Below, one piece after another: positions 51,670 to 62,366 of a stretch of 64,000 bases of DNA. The stretch is from an uncultured delta proteobacterium (GTDB lineage Bacteria; Myxococcota; UBA727; VGSZ01), in contig CAVZJB010000016.1 in the NCBI GenBank assembly GCA_963775425.1, positions 1,269,682 to 1,333,681 on the forward strand. Direction: 5' to 3'. A program made the translations under genes and the position numbers. Each line of letters opens with the position of its first letter. Positions within the stretch are counted from its first letter, which is position 1. The notes under the pieces are model-generated. The model was given only the letters and a program-made list of their open reading frames with translations. It made no database searches and had not been told where the DNA came from.

Positions 51670-52947
51670 CTATGGGGCGTACAGCTTCAGGCCCTTGGCG
51701 TCTTCGCTGAACCAGACCGCGACGGGGCTGCCGTCGCTCTTGAGCGCGAGGTCGATCCACGGATCGTCCTGCGTGCTCTTTTCGAGGAGCGTGCGCTTCG
51801 GCGGCGCCTTCGCGCGGCCCGCGGCTGCGGCGGGGACCTCGACGAGGTAGAGGCCGGCGACGTGGCCCTTCTTGGCGTGCGGGTCGCGCGTCAACACCCA
51901 CAGCGTGCCGTCGGCGGCGCGGCGGATGACCGCGGGGCCTCGGGCGGTCGCGACCCGCGTACGGTCTTCGAGCGGCGCCGGCGCCCGCGGATCGAACGTG
52001 CCGACGAGGACGGCGCCGTCGTCGAGGCGCACCGAGGCGACGTCGACCTTGGCGTCCTTGCGCAAGAGCACCGCGTTGGACGGCCCGTCGATGCCGGCCT
52101 TGGGCTCCGCACGCGCGGGGACGACCTCGAACAGCGACGACGTCGCAGGGCGCACCGCGAGCTTCAGGTGCGCCATCACCACCTGCCAGTCGCAGTAGGA
52201 CGCCACGGCGGTGCCGTCGTCGAGGATGACCAGGGAGTCGATGAGGGTGGGCGATTGCCCGGAGCTCTTGTCGACGTCGACCTTCTGCCACGTGCCCGCG
52301 CCGGCCGCGCCGAACGCGGGCACGTTGTCGGGCCGGCGCGCGTAGCGAACGCGGTTGCCCTTCACGCCGTACAACAGGTGCGGGCGCCCGTTCTTGTCCA
52401 CGGCGAGCGCGCTCCCCGCGCCGGCGTCGTCGCCGAACGCGATGTCCTCACCGACCCAGCCCGGCGACAGCGCCTTCACCGCCGTGAGCGGCTCGGGCGC
52501 GAGGTCGACGCTGGCGCCGGCCTTCTTCATCACCTCGATGTCCCGGGTGCGGTGCGCGACGCGCAGCGTGTGCTCGTCCTGGTGGTAGTAGGAGATGATC
52601 GGGACGCCGCCGGGCGCGAGCGCGAGGTGCACGAAGGCGCCGGCGGCGCCGTGGGTCTCCACCGGCTCGGGGGCGCCGGGGAGCGAAGCGCCGACGGCGG
52701 AGACCGCGTACATGACGTCGCCGAGGTCGGCGTCGGTGAAGGCGAGGTGCACGCGGTCCTGTGCGTCGATCTCGACGTCCGGGTACCAGCCGACGCCGCG
52801 GCGGGCCTCGCCGGCCGCGATGCGCTCCGGCGGCGGCGCCACGACGACGCTGACGGCGCCGGGCGCAGGCATGGACGCTGGCGCCTCCGGCGCCTTGGGA
52901 CAACCGGACGCCAAAATCAGCAGCGCGCAGGGGATGAAGCGGCGCAC
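51670..52947 (-). CDS. Hypothetical lipoprotein with beta-propeller-like repeats
   Basis: Lipobox LILASGC; repeated blades like DAQDRVHLAF, APGGVPIISY, DKNGRPHLLY, KSDGSPVAVW. Confidence 0.7.
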   Translation of the reverse strand: MRRFIPCALLILASGCPKAPEAPASMPAPGAVSVVVAPPPERIAAGEARRGVGWYPDVEIDAQDRVHLAFTDADLGDVMYAVSAVGASLPGAPEPVETHGAAGAFVHLALAPGGVPIISYYHQDEHTLRVAHRTRDIEVMKKAGASVDLAPEPLTAVKALSPGWVGEDIAFGDDAGAGSALAVDKNGRPHLLYGVKGNRVRYARRPDNVPAFGAAGAGTWQKVDVDKSSGQSPTLIDSLVILDDGTAVASYCDWQVVMAHLKLAVRPATSSLFEVVPARAEPKAGIDGPSNAVLLRKDAKVDVASVRLDDGAVLVGTFDPRAPAPLEDRTRVATARGPAVIRRAADGTLWVLTRDPHAKKGHVAGLYLVEVPAAAAGRAKAPPKRTLLEKSTQDDPWIDLALKSDGSPVAVWFSEDAKGLKLYAP

Positions 52948-52998
52948 GGGACTCGCTATAGCCGACCCGAAGCGCGCGCGCACGCGTCTGGAGGCGGC

Positions 52999-53355
52999 AT
53001 GAACGAGCACGGCAACGACGACGGCGGTGAGCAGCGCAAAGAGGCGCCGTCGACGCCTGAGCGACCCAAGGACGCCATCGGCACGCTGTGGCACTCGGCG
53101 CTCGGACAGATCGACGAGATCCGCGACGTCATCGTGCGCGGGAGCCAGGCCGGCAAGGCCAAGCTCGACGTGCAGCTCCTCAAGCGCCAGCGAGACCGCC
53201 TGCTCTCCGAGATCGGGGCCGTCGTCGTGGAGGAGCACAAGCGCGGCGCGGCTTCGCTGCCCGCGGGCTGCGAAGACCTCGCCGCCCGCCTCGACGGCGT
53301 CGACAAGCAGATCGAGGAGGCCGAGGCCGAGGCCGCCAAGGTCTTCAAGCGCTGA
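52999..53355 (+). CDS. Small coiled-coil hypothetical protein
   Basis: GGAGG RBS; GKAKLDVQLLKRQRDRLLSEIG. Confidence 0.75.
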   Translation: MNEHGNDDGGEQRKEAPSTPERPKDAIGTLWHSALGQIDEIRDVIVRGSQAGKAKLDVQLLKRQRDRLLSEIGAVVVEEHKRGAASLPAGCEDLAARLDGVDKQIEEAEAEAAKVFKR

Positions 53356-53427
53356 GGCCGAGGCCGGGTCCGCCCGGTGCCGAGCAGGCCTCGGCCACGA
53401 CGTGCGCCCGGCGGCGCTTCCTGCACG

Positions 53428-55752
53428 TCAGGGGCAGGATTCGCGGGCGGCGTCGAGCGCCACGTTCTTCTTGATGCTCGACAGGCCGAGCGGCCGCGTG
53501 ACGGCGCAGACGGCGGCGATGTCGCCGTTGTACTCGGCGTTCAGGACGGCCTTGCCCGCGGCGATGAAGGTGGCGGCGTAACCGTTGCACTCGCTGTACT
53601 CGACGCACTGCTCGTTGAGAGCCCAATCGAAGGCGTCGACGAGCGAAGGCACCTGCGCGACGTCGTTCTTCAGCCCTACCGAGAGCCCGCGCGCGTGCGC
53701 CTCGGCGGCGACGAAGCGGTTGAAGTCGAGCTGCGTCTGCGACGTCAGCGGGAAGCCGGGATCGTTTTGGTAGGCGTCGACGTTGTCGGGCTCGACGGCG
53801 TCGCAGCCCTTGTCGGCGGCGAGGTCGAGGCGCGCGCGCACGACGTCGCGCACGGGGTCGCTGCGCGTGTCGAGCCAGCGCTCGTCGGAGAACGGCGCCT
53901 CGAGCGGGTTTCCGCGCGCCGCCGCGGGCAGATCGCCGGCGTCGGGGCGCCAGCTCTCCCAGGTGCCGGCGCTGAAGTAGCAGACCACCGTGCGCCCCTG
54001 CGCCTTCAGGGAGGCGACGGTGGAGGCGCCGTTGTCGAACAGGTCGATGTCGTAGACGTCGACGTCGAAGCTCTGATCGAGGGCGCCCGTGAGCTGCCAC
54101 TGCCACGTCGCGCCCGCCGGGATGACGCCTCCCCCGGTCGCCGGCGGCGCGTCCGCGGCGACGACGCCGAGGGGGGCGCCGGGCTGCGCGAACGCCACCC
54201 GGAGGCGGCCGTCGGTGTCGGTGCCGAGGTCCGCCATGGCCTGCGGCGAGATGTCGAGCAGGCGGTGGGTCGACGTGTTCGGGCCCCAGTCCACGGGGCG
54301 GAGCACGACGGCGCGCCCGTTGTCGGGGTTGACGACGAGGATGCGCGCGCCTCGCCAGAACGCGATGCCGGGCGTGTAGTCCCAGCGCATCGCCAGGTAA
54401 TAGAAGTCCTCCGGGCGCGACGCGATCGTCGAGGGCGACGCGTCGAGCGGAGAGCTCAGGCTGCGCAGCCGATCACCGCTCACCGAGCCGGTCTCCGTCG
54501 ACGACACCCCGGTGTCGGCGGGGCCGCCGAACCAGCTCACGCGCCCCTCGACGAACTGCCGCCCACCGTCGGTGACGACGTCCCCGTACGGCTCCGTGCT
54601 CAAGCCGAGCGCGCCCTGCAGCGTGTGGTTGTGCAAGCCGGCCCTCGGGATCTCCGCCGTGCCCTGCGTCAGCCCGGCGTAGACGGCGCCGAGGCCGCCG
54701 CCCGCGCCCGCGCCCGCGCCGCCGCCCGCGCCGGCGTCCCCCGCTGCGGCGTCGGCGGCGGCGGCGACGAGCTCGTCGAGGCGGGCGTCGAGCGCGTCCC
54801 CGGGGCAGTCGGTGTTGCCGAGCTCGCGGTGGCCCTTCACCGTCGTGCGCGACAAGGAGATGCCGTAGCCGCGCGCGAGGGCGCCCATGATCCGCGCGGC
54901 CGCGCTCATCATCGCGTCGCTCGGCGCCGCGTCGTTGAACGTGCCCACGAACGCGATGCCGACGTTGTCCTGGTTGTGGCCACCGGCGTGCGCGCCCACG
55001 ACGTTCTCGGGGCGTCCCTGGTAGACCTGCCCGTCCTGCCCGACGAGGAAGTGGTACCCGATGTCGCAAAAGCCGCGCACGTCGATGTGGTAGTTCTGGA
55101 TCTGCCGCAGCCGCGCCGCCGTCGACATCGCGTCGTTCGACGGCGTCTCCGTGTGGTGGATCGTGATCATCGACGGCGCTTGCGGCGAATAGCAGTCGCG
55201 CGTGCGCGCCCCCCACGCGGCGCGGGTCACCGCGATGCCGTCCGCGGCCAGCCCCTGTGCGTGCGAGCTCGACGGGGACGCCTCGTCGCTCATGCGCTCG
55301 AACGCCTCCACCGCGAGGAACGTCAAGCCGCTCTCGACCGGCGCCATCATCCGCAACTGCAGGTGCGTGTGAGCGCCGTCGACGACGTCCACGAAGGCGT
55401 TGTTGGCACGCGCCTCGCGAAACGTCGGCGTCGCTCGCGTCCACGCCGTGAACGTCTGCCCACCGTCGTCGCTCACGCGCGCCTCAACGGCGACGGGGCC
55501 GTCGGCGTCGAAGCGGATGCCGATGCGCGAAAACGGCGACGCCGCGGGGATGACGTGCGTCTCCATCCAGCCGCCGCCGGCGTCCTCGAGCCGACCGAAG
55601 AGGTCGCGATCCTGGGCGACGAACAGCGCGCCGCCGTCTCCGCGGCCGCGGTCGTCGACGTCGTTGACGCAGCCGGCGACGGCGGCGACGGCGAGCGCCG
55701 CGGCGGCGAGCGACGCATGCGACAGGACGCGGAGGCAACGGCGCTGGGACAT
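53428..55752 (-). CDS. Lipoprotein: N-acetylmuramoyl-L-alanine amidase (Amidase_2/PGRP) + RlpA-like domain + GH114 endo-alpha-1,4-polygalactosaminidase
   Basis: TRAAWGA...IHHT...DIGYHFLV...GAHA...GHR...TDCPG; VSWFGG...VVLRPVDWGP...LLDIS; WQWQL...YDIDLFD...CYFSAGTWE.WRPD...EPDNVD...LKND...EQC. Confidence 0.88.
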   Translation of the reverse strand: MSQRRCLRVLSHASLAAAALAVAAVAGCVNDVDDRGRGDGGALFVAQDRDLFGRLEDAGGGWMETHVIPAASPFSRIGIRFDADGPVAVEARVSDDGGQTFTAWTRATPTFREARANNAFVDVVDGAHTHLQLRMMAPVESGLTFLAVEAFERMSDEASPSSSHAQGLAADGIAVTRAAWGARTRDCYSPQAPSMITIHHTETPSNDAMSTAARLRQIQNYHIDVRGFCDIGYHFLVGQDGQVYQGRPENVVGAHAGGHNQDNVGIAFVGTFNDAAPSDAMMSAAARIMGALARGYGISLSRTTVKGHRELGNTDCPGDALDARLDELVAAAADAAAGDAGAGGGAGAGAGGGLGAVYAGLTQGTAEIPRAGLHNHTLQGALGLSTEPYGDVVTDGGRQFVEGRVSWFGGPADTGVSSTETGSVSGDRLRSLSSPLDASPSTIASRPEDFYYLAMRWDYTPGIAFWRGARILVVNPDNGRAVVLRPVDWGPNTSTHRLLDISPQAMADLGTDTDGRLRVAFAQPGAPLGVVAADAPPATGGGVIPAGATWQWQLTGALDQSFDVDVYDIDLFDNGASTVASLKAQGRTVVCYFSAGTWESWRPDAGDLPAAARGNPLEAPFSDERWLDTRSDPVRDVVRARLDLAADKGCDAVEPDNVDAYQNDPGFPLTSQTQLDFNRFVAAEAHARGLSVGLKNDVAQVPSLVDAFDWALNEQCVEYSECNGYAATFIAAGKAVLNAEYNGDIAAVCAVTRPLGLSSIKKNVALDAARESCP

Positions 55753-55906
55753 GGGCGCGGACCGTAGGGCGCTCTTGGAGCGCCGCGCTCGGTCGCTCAG
55801 CCGATGGGCCCATCGGTCCGACGCCGGGTGGATGATTCAGTCAACTTCGACGGTGAACGCCGCCGGCGCCTGTTTCGGTCCGCGCCGGCGTGTTCTATGC
55901 GCGCTC

Positions 55907-56869
55907 ATGCACCCGCTCCGCACCTCGATTCGCGCGCGCGCCGGACTCGTCGCCGCGTCGCTCCTGTTCGCCTCCTGCGTCTCCGCAGCCACGAGCCTCA
56001 AGACCGCCGACGGGCGCACGCGCACCTGGCGCGAGCACGCGCCCAAGAAGCTCCCGACAGGGCCCATGCCCGTGATCATCGTCCTGCACGGCGGCGGCGG
56101 AAGCGCCAAGCACATCGAGGACACCAGCGGCTTCGACGCCGCCGCCGACACCCACGGCTTCCTCGCCGTGTACCCCGAAGGCATCGGGCGCGGCCGCTTC
56201 CACACCTGGAACGCGAGCCCCACCTGCTGCGGCGCCGCGCAGGAAGAGCACGTCGACGACGTCGCGTTCCTCGCGGCGCTCGTCGATCGCCTCGGAAAGG
56301 CCCACAAGATCGACAAGAGCCGCGTCTTCGTCGTCGGCCACAGCAACGGCGCCGTGATGGCTGAGCGGGCGCTGTGCGAGCGGCCCGACGTCTTCGCCGG
56401 CGCGGTGATCGTCGCGTCGCCGGGGCTCAACGGCGTGTGCAAGCCCAAGGAGCCGCGCCGCGTCCTCATCGTGCACGGCACCGCCGACAAGTGCGCCTCC
56501 TACGCGCCGTCCAACGCATGCGGCGGTTGCTGGGAGCGCGCTGTGGCCGCGTTCCTCGGGACCCGGCCCCACCCGAAGACGCGGCCGTGCGAAGGCGCGG
56601 TGGCCATCGCCGGCGATTGGCGCGCGCCCACAGCGGCGTCGCCGGAGATGATCACGCGCACCGTCGCCGATGCCACCTGCGCGCGCGCCGCGCACGCCAA
56701 GGCCCCCGTCGAGCTGTGCACCGTCGCGGGCGCCGGCCACGCGTTCCCCGGCTCGACCATCGGCTGCAAGCGGGGGACGCGCGGCTGCGACGCGTACCTC
56801 GCCCAGATCGGCGAGCCCGCCCAGCTCGACCTCCCCGACGTCGCGGCCCGGTTCCTGCTTGCTCCGTGA
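55907..56869 (+). CDS. PHB-depolymerase/LpqC-like alpha/beta hydrolase
   Basis: VLHGGGGS, VYPEG, WNA..CCG, DDVAF, GHSNG, HGTAD, GAGHAFPG. Confidence 0.88.
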   Translation: MHPLRTSIRARAGLVAASLLFASCVSAATSLKTADGRTRTWREHAPKKLPTGPMPVIIVLHGGGGSAKHIEDTSGFDAAADTHGFLAVYPEGIGRGRFHTWNASPTCCGAAQEEHVDDVAFLAALVDRLGKAHKIDKSRVFVVGHSNGAVMAERALCERPDVFAGAVIVASPGLNGVCKPKEPRRVLIVHGTADKCASYAPSNACGGCWERAVAAFLGTRPHPKTRPCEGAVAIAGDWRAPTAASPEMITRTVADATCARAAHAKAPVELCTVAGAGHAFPGSTIGCKRGTRGCDAYLAQIGEPAQLDLPDVAARFLLAP

Positions 56870-57022
56870 GCACGCCGACCGCGCCGGGTCGCAACCTGCA
56901 TCGGCGGTTGCTTCAGCTCGTGGGCGTCGGCGCCGAGGGTGAAACCCACCGCTTCCATGTGCAGCAGCGCGCACGACGCGTCGCATTATCTCGTACGCAC
57001 GCGCGCTCCCCCAGCGGGCGAG

Positions 57023-57037
57023 TGGCACACGTACTGC
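57023..57037 (+). promoter_or_regulatory. Possible sigma54 promoter
   Basis: TGGCACACGTACTGC (GG-N10-GC) upstream of the response regulator. Confidence 0.45.
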
Positions 57038-57098
57038 ACGGTCGCGAGCATCCGTGGAGGATGCCCTGAACCCGGTTGCCACATCGTCTCCCGACGCG

Positions 57099-57482
57099 AT
57101 GACACGTGTCCTCGTCGCCGACGACGACGCCGACCTGCTCGACGCGGTGGTGTCCGGTCTTGAAGAGGTCGGCTTCACGGCGACGGCGGCGGCCACGGGC
57201 GCCGAGCTCGTGCAGCGCCTCGCCGACGACGGCCCGTTCGACGTCGTCGTCACCGACGTCGCCATGCCGTGGATGACGGGGATTCAGGCCGCGCAGCACG
57301 CGCGCTACGCGGGCGTGGCGACGCCGCTCGTCGTCATGACCGCGCTCGACGATCCCGACATCCCGCGGCGCGTGCGCGCGCTCGGGGCACACGCGGTGTT
57401 CCTGCGCAAGCCGTTCATGCTCGCCGATCTGCAACGCGCCATCGATCGCGCGTGCGCCGCTCTGCTCAAAGCCACCGCCTAG
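57099..57482 (+). CDS. Single-domain response regulator
   Basis: RVLVADDD...VVTDVAMPWMTG...VMTA...LRKPF. Confidence 0.9.
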   Translation: MTRVLVADDDADLLDAVVSGLEEVGFTATAAATGAELVQRLADDGPFDVVVTDVAMPWMTGIQAAQHARYAGVATPLVVMTALDDPDIPRRVRALGAHAVFLRKPFMLADLQRAIDRACAALLKATA

Positions 57483-57527
57483 ACCACCGACCACCGATCA
57501 AGCGCGGCCGCTCCCTCCGGTCGCTGA

Positions 57528-58211
57528 TTACGGGCGCGTCGCCGCGGCCACGAGATCCAGCGCGCGCTTGGCCTTGATGACGTGCTCGGCGAGCGTGCGG
57601 GGGAGGCTGCCGTCGACGAGCGTCTTGCTGCTCGGCCGCGGCAGCACGAGCGCGTAGCCCTTGTGCCGGAGGAGCTCGATGCACGGGTGCGCGGGGTCCA
57701 CGCCCGCCGGCGCCCTGGCGAGCTTGTCGTGCGAGTGCAGCTCGTAACCGGCCGCGATGAGCTTGTGGGTCTCCTTGAGCAGCGCGGGGCCGGCGGCGCT
57801 GCCGGCGACGGCGGCGCGGAACCGCTTGAGCGCCTCCGGCTCGAGGATCCACGGGCCGGCGGCGCCGAACACCTCCTCGACGCCGACGTGGAGGTACAGC
57901 GACGCCGGACCAAGCGACAGCTCGCCGCCGACATGGTCTTTGAACGGCGACTTGTCCTTCGAAAAGCGGATGTCGCGATAGATGCGAAAGACCTTGGGCT
58001 GCGCGTCCTCCACGGCAGGGAACGCGCGCATGAGGAGCGGGCCCGCCTCGCGCAGCACCGCTTCCACGGAGGCCGTGAGCAGCGCATGAAAGCGCTCCTT
58101 GTTCTTGGCGAACCACGCGCGGTCCTGCTTCTTCACGAGCTGCCCGAGGAGCTTCCTGGCTTCCGGGGTGATGCGGGGACCGTTCGTCGCGCTCGGGGTC
58201 TTGGCTGCCAT
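57528..58211 (-). CDS. DUF2461 family protein
   Basis: DRAWFAKNKERF...FRIYRDIRFSKDKSPFK...YLHV. Confidence 0.88.
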   Translation of the reverse strand: MAAKTPSATNGPRITPEARKLLGQLVKKQDRAWFAKNKERFHALLTASVEAVLREAGPLLMRAFPAVEDAQPKVFRIYRDIRFSKDKSPFKDHVGGELSLGPASLYLHVGVEEVFGAAGPWILEPEALKRFRAAVAGSAAGPALLKETHKLIAAGYELHSHDKLARAPAGVDPAHPCIELLRHKGYALVLPRPSSKTLVDGSLPRTLAEHVIKAKRALDLVAAATRP

Positions 58212-58391
58212 CGCGCGGAGTCTATGCCCGACCCGCACCGCTCCCGGCACGATCCGCCTGGGAGCACCCCGCGGCGCATCGCCGCTCGCGCGGCATCGGG
58301 CTCCAGCGAAGCTCCGGTGAGGTGTCTGCACGGACAACCGGGAAAAACTGTCGTTCCGCGCACCTCTCCAGTTGATACGCATTGCCACGTG

Positions 58392-59147
58392 ATGTCCGAG
58401 ACGACGCCAGGCCTGCCCAGCGACATCGTTGCGTGCCTGTTTGACCTCGACGGCGTGCTCACGGAAACGGCGGCGCTCCACGCCAAGGCATGGCAAGAGA
58501 CGTTCGACCCATTTCTCCGTTCGCGGAGCCGGCAGACGGGAGAGCCCTACGCACCTTTCGACCTCGTCCGGGACTATGACGAGTACGTCGACGGCAAGCC
58601 GCGCGACGATGGAACACGTTCCTTCCTCGCTTCACGCGGCATTCATCTGCCCGAGGGAGCGCGCGGCGATCCGCCGAGCGCCGAGACGATTCGAGGGCTC
58701 GGCGTGAAGAAGAACGGCATCTTCATCGCCGCCGTGCGATCGCAGCGCATAGAGCCCTTCCCGGGGTCGCTCCGCTACGTACACGCGGTGCGGCGCGCGG
58801 GCCTGCGCACAGCCGTCGTGTCGTCGAGCAAGAACTGTCGGGAGGTCCTCCTCGCGGCAGGCATCGCGGACTTGTTCGACGCGCGGATCGACGGTGCCGT
58901 CGCAGAGGCGGAGCACCTCGCGGGAAAGCCGGCGCCGGACACCTACTTGGCCGCAGCGCGCGCCCTCGACGTCTCGCCCGCCCACGCCGCCGTCTTCGAA
59001 GATGCCCTCGCCGGCGTCGCCGCGGGTCGTGCCGGCGGATTCGGCTTCGTCGTGGGCGTTGACCGCGCGGGCCAGGCAGACGAGCTTCGCCGGCACGGCG
59101 CCGACGTCGTCGTCGCCGACCTCGCGCTGCTGATGGCCGCATCGTGA
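58392..59147 (+). CDS. Beta-phosphoglucomutase-family HAD hydrolase
   Basis: LFDLDGVLTET, YVDGKPR, VSSSKN, GKPAPD, VFEDALAGV. Confidence 0.9.
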   Translation: MSETTPGLPSDIVACLFDLDGVLTETAALHAKAWQETFDPFLRSRSRQTGEPYAPFDLVRDYDEYVDGKPRDDGTRSFLASRGIHLPEGARGDPPSAETIRGLGVKKNGIFIAAVRSQRIEPFPGSLRYVHAVRRAGLRTAVVSSSKNCREVLLAAGIADLFDARIDGAVAEAEHLAGKPAPDTYLAAARALDVSPAHAAVFEDALAGVAAGRAGGFGFVVGVDRAGQADELRRHGADVVVADLALLMAAS

Positions 59148-61510
59148 TTCAACACCCTGCTTTTCTCGTGGAGCCGTGGGCGCTCCATGAAACCGAGCTC
59201 CACCTCGACACGCTGGCCCAGACGGAGTCTCTGTTCGCGCTCTCGAACGGTCACGTCGGCTTGCGCGGCAACCTGGACGAGGGCGAGCCCCACGGTCTGC
59301 CGGGAAGCTACTTGAACGGCTTCTACGAGGATCGTCCGCTCCCCTATGCAGAGGCGGGGTACGGCTACCCGCAGTCCGGTCAGACGCTCATCAACGTCAC
59401 CAACGCGAAGCTGTTTCGGCTCCTCGTCGACGACGAGCCCTTCGACGTTCGGTATGGAACGTTGCACGCACACACGCGCGTCCTCGACTTTCGCACCGGG
59501 ACGCTGACGAGGATGGCCGAGTGGACATCGCCCGCCGGCCGCACCGTAAGAGTGACCTCGGTGCGCCTGGTGTCGTTCACGCAGCGCGCAATCGTCGCCT
59601 TCTCGTACGACGTCGAGCCCATCAACGGCCCGATCACCGCGGTCATCCAGTCCGAGCTCGTGGCGAATGAGCAGCTCCCGCCTCGTGGGGGCGACCCACG
59701 CGCCGCGCTGGCGCTCGAGGCACCGCTCGTGTGCGAGGACGCCTCCTCCTCCGACATGTCCGCGGTTCTTGTTCACAGGACGAAGCAGAGCGGGTTGCGG
59801 ATGGCGGCGGGGATGCAGCATGTCGTCAGGGGATCGCCGCAGGTGCACGTCGAGTCGAGCGCGATGGCCGATCTTGCGCGCGTCTCCGTTGTCGACGTCA
59901 TTCAACCTGGCCAGCGTCTCTCCCTGACGAAGTTCGCGGCGTACGGATGGTCGAGCGACCGCACCATCCCTGCGCTCCGAGACCAGGCCGTGGCCGCGCT
60001 CGAAGCGGCCCGCTTGACCGGCTGGGACCAACTGCTCGCCGACCAGCGGAGCTACCTCGACGAGTTCTGGGGAAGAGCCGACGTCGAGATCGAGGGAGAC
60101 GCCGAGCTTCAACAAGCTGTCCGCTTCGCAATGTTCCATGTCCTGCAGGCCGCGGCACGAGCGGAGCGCCGCGCGATCCCGGCCAAGGGCCTCACCGGCC
60201 CCGGGTATGACGGGCACTGCTTCTGGGATGCGGAGACGTTCGTGATCCCCGTGCTGACGCACAGCGTCCCCACCGCCGCAGCGAACGCGCTTCACTGGCG
60301 TCACTCGACTCTTGCCGTCGCGATGCAGCGTGCGCGCGAGCTTGGCCTCGCGGGCGCGGCGTTTCCGTGGCGGACCATCAATGGCGAAGAGTGCTCGGGC
60401 TATTGGCCGGCCGGCACGGCCGCCTTCCACGTCAACGCAGACATCGCGGACGCCCTCATCCGGTACGTGAATGCCACCGGAGACGCCGCGTTTGAGCGCG
60501 AGGTCAGCGTCGACATCCTGATCGAGACCGCCCGCCTCTGGCGGTCACTCGGCCATCACGATCTCCGCGGAGCCTTTCGCATCGACGGCGTCACCGGTCC
60601 GGACGAGTACAGCGCGGTCGCGGACAACAACCTCTACACGAACCTCATGGCGCAGCGAAACCTTCGCGCGGCCGCGATGGCCTGCGAGCGAAATCAGGAT
60701 GCGGCGCAGGCGCACCATGTGACCCCTGATGAGATGGCCGACTGGCGCGCGGCCGCGGATCGAATGTTCCTCCCCTACGCCAAGGACCTTGGTGTCCACG
60801 AGCAGGCAGAGGGCTTCACCACGCACGACGTGTGGAACTTCGCGGCGACCAGACCCGACCAGTACCCGTTGTTGCTTCACTTCCCCTACTTCGATCTCTA
60901 CCGGAAGCAGGTTGTGAAGCAGCCTGACCTCGTGCTCGCGATGCAACTGTGCGGCGACGCCTTCACCCAAGAGGAGAAAGCGCGCAACTACGGCTACTAC
61001 GAGCGGGTCACGGTGCGCGACTCGTCGCTGTCGGCATGTACGCAGGCGGTGCTGGCGGCCGAGCTCGGGCATCTCCGCCTCGCCTTCGACTACGCGGCCG
61101 AAGCCGCGCTCATCGATCTCGACGATCTCGAGCAGAACGCGCGCGACGGGCTGCACATCGCTTCCCTCGCCGGCACGTGGACCGCACTGGTCGCCGGCTT
61201 TGGCGGGATGCGCGATCACGGCGCAACCCTCGCCTTCGCGCCGCGCCTGCCCGACGAGATAACGCGCCTCTCGTTCGCGGTGGTCCGGCGAGGCTTGCGG
61301 CTGCGGGTGACCGTGACCTCCGAGACGGCAACGTACGGCCTACTGGATGAGCCGGGCTCGCTCGACCTCGTCCACCACGGCGAGCCGATCCACCTCCATG
61401 GCAAGGCGCTCGTGGAGAGACCAATCCCGGCGCTGCGCCCGCAGGAGCGCCCGACGCAGCCTCAGGGGCGGGAGCCGCGGCGCCGCTCGCAGCGAAGCGA
61501 CCCGCGCTGA
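59144..61510 (+). CDS. Glycoside hydrolase family 65 (disaccharide phosphorylase)
   Basis: ESLFALSNGHVGLRG, KGLTGPGYDGHCFWD, FPWRTING, GPDEY, KQPDLV, DSSLS. Confidence 0.93.
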   Translation: MIQHPAFLVEPWALHETELHLDTLAQTESLFALSNGHVGLRGNLDEGEPHGLPGSYLNGFYEDRPLPYAEAGYGYPQSGQTLINVTNAKLFRLLVDDEPFDVRYGTLHAHTRVLDFRTGTLTRMAEWTSPAGRTVRVTSVRLVSFTQRAIVAFSYDVEPINGPITAVIQSELVANEQLPPRGGDPRAALALEAPLVCEDASSSDMSAVLVHRTKQSGLRMAAGMQHVVRGSPQVHVESSAMADLARVSVVDVIQPGQRLSLTKFAAYGWSSDRTIPALRDQAVAALEAARLTGWDQLLADQRSYLDEFWGRADVEIEGDAELQQAVRFAMFHVLQAAARAERRAIPAKGLTGPGYDGHCFWDAETFVIPVLTHSVPTAAANALHWRHSTLAVAMQRARELGLAGAAFPWRTINGEECSGYWPAGTAAFHVNADIADALIRYVNATGDAAFEREVSVDILIETARLWRSLGHHDLRGAFRIDGVTGPDEYSAVADNNLYTNLMAQRNLRAAAMACERNQDAAQAHHVTPDEMADWRAAADRMFLPYAKDLGVHEQAEGFTTHDVWNFAATRPDQYPLLLHFPYFDLYRKQVVKQPDLVLAMQLCGDAFTQEEKARNYGYYERVTVRDSSLSACTQAVLAAELGHLRLAFDYAAEAALIDLDDLEQNARDGLHIASLAGTWTALVAGFGGMRDHGATLAFAPRLPDEITRLSFAVVRRGLRLRVTVTSETATYGLLDEPGSLDLVHHGEPIHLHGKALVERPIPALRPQERPTQPQGREPRRRSQRSDPR

Positions 61511-61662
61511 GTCGGCTCCGGCGCCGCGGGCGCCGATCCGCCGGCTGTGACGAGCGGCCGTTCGCAAGGTGATGAAGCGCGCGTGGGTGTCGTCCCGCCC
61601 ATGCTCCGCGGGCCGTTGCGCACGCGGGCGCCGACGGTGCTCGCGGCGCGACCCTCCTCGAC

Positions 61663-61677
61663 CGGCACGCATTCTGC
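61663..61677 (+). promoter_or_regulatory. Possible sigma54 promoter
   Basis: CGGCACGCATTCTGC (GG-N10-GC) upstream of HAD-ackA'-xfp. Confidence 0.4.
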
Positions 61678-61745
61678 TTTGTGAGCCGCATGCGACGCGC
61701 TGGAGAGACCCGAGGCGGACGGCCCCCTGCAGTCTGGAGGACGCC

Positions 61746-62366
61746 GTGAAGGCAGCGGCTGCCGTCCGTTGTTTGTTCTTGGACATCGGCGGCGTCCTTC
61801 TCAGCGACGGTTGGGATCATCGCGCCCGCACGCGCGCCGCGGCGACGTTCGATCTCCAGCGCGCGGAGATGGAGGCTCGACACCAGCTCACGTTCGAGAC
61901 CTACGAAGACGGAAGCCTCACGCTCGACGAGTATCTCGATCTCGTCGTCTTCCACAGGACTCGGCCCTTCACGCGCGCCGCGTTTCGGCGGTTCATGTTC
62001 GCGCAATCGACTCCGCATCCGCGAATGCTCGCGCTCGTCCCTGCCCTCAAGGCCCGAGGCCGCCTGAAGATCATCGTCGTGAGCAACGAAGGCCGCGAGC
62101 TCAACGCCCATCGCATCCACAAGTTCAAGCTCGAAGCGTTCGTCGACGCGTTCGTCTCGTCTTGCTTTGTCCATCTCCGCAAGCCCGACCCGCGGATCTT
62201 CAGCCTCGCGCTCGACATCGCGCAGACACCCGTCGAACAGGTTGTCTACGTCGAGAACACGCCGATGTTCGTCGGCGTGGCGGGCGGCCTCGGGATCCGC
62301 GGGATCATCCACACCGGCTACGAGTCCACCCGCGCGATGCTGACGTCGCTTGGATGTCATCCATGA
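61746..62366 (+). CDS. HAD-family phosphatase
   Basis: GGAGG RBS; [23 protein letters not shown]. Confidence 0.88.
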   Translation: MKAAAAVRCLFLDIGGVLLSDGWDHRARTRAAATFDLQRAEMEARHQLTFETYEDGSLTLDEYLDLVVFHRTRPFTRAAFRRFMFAQSTPHPRMLALVPALKARGRLKIIVVSNEGRELNAHRIHKFKLEAFVDAFVSSCFVHLRKPDPRIFSLALDIAQTPVEQVVYVENTPMFVGVAGGLGIRGIIHTGYESTRAMLTSLGCHP

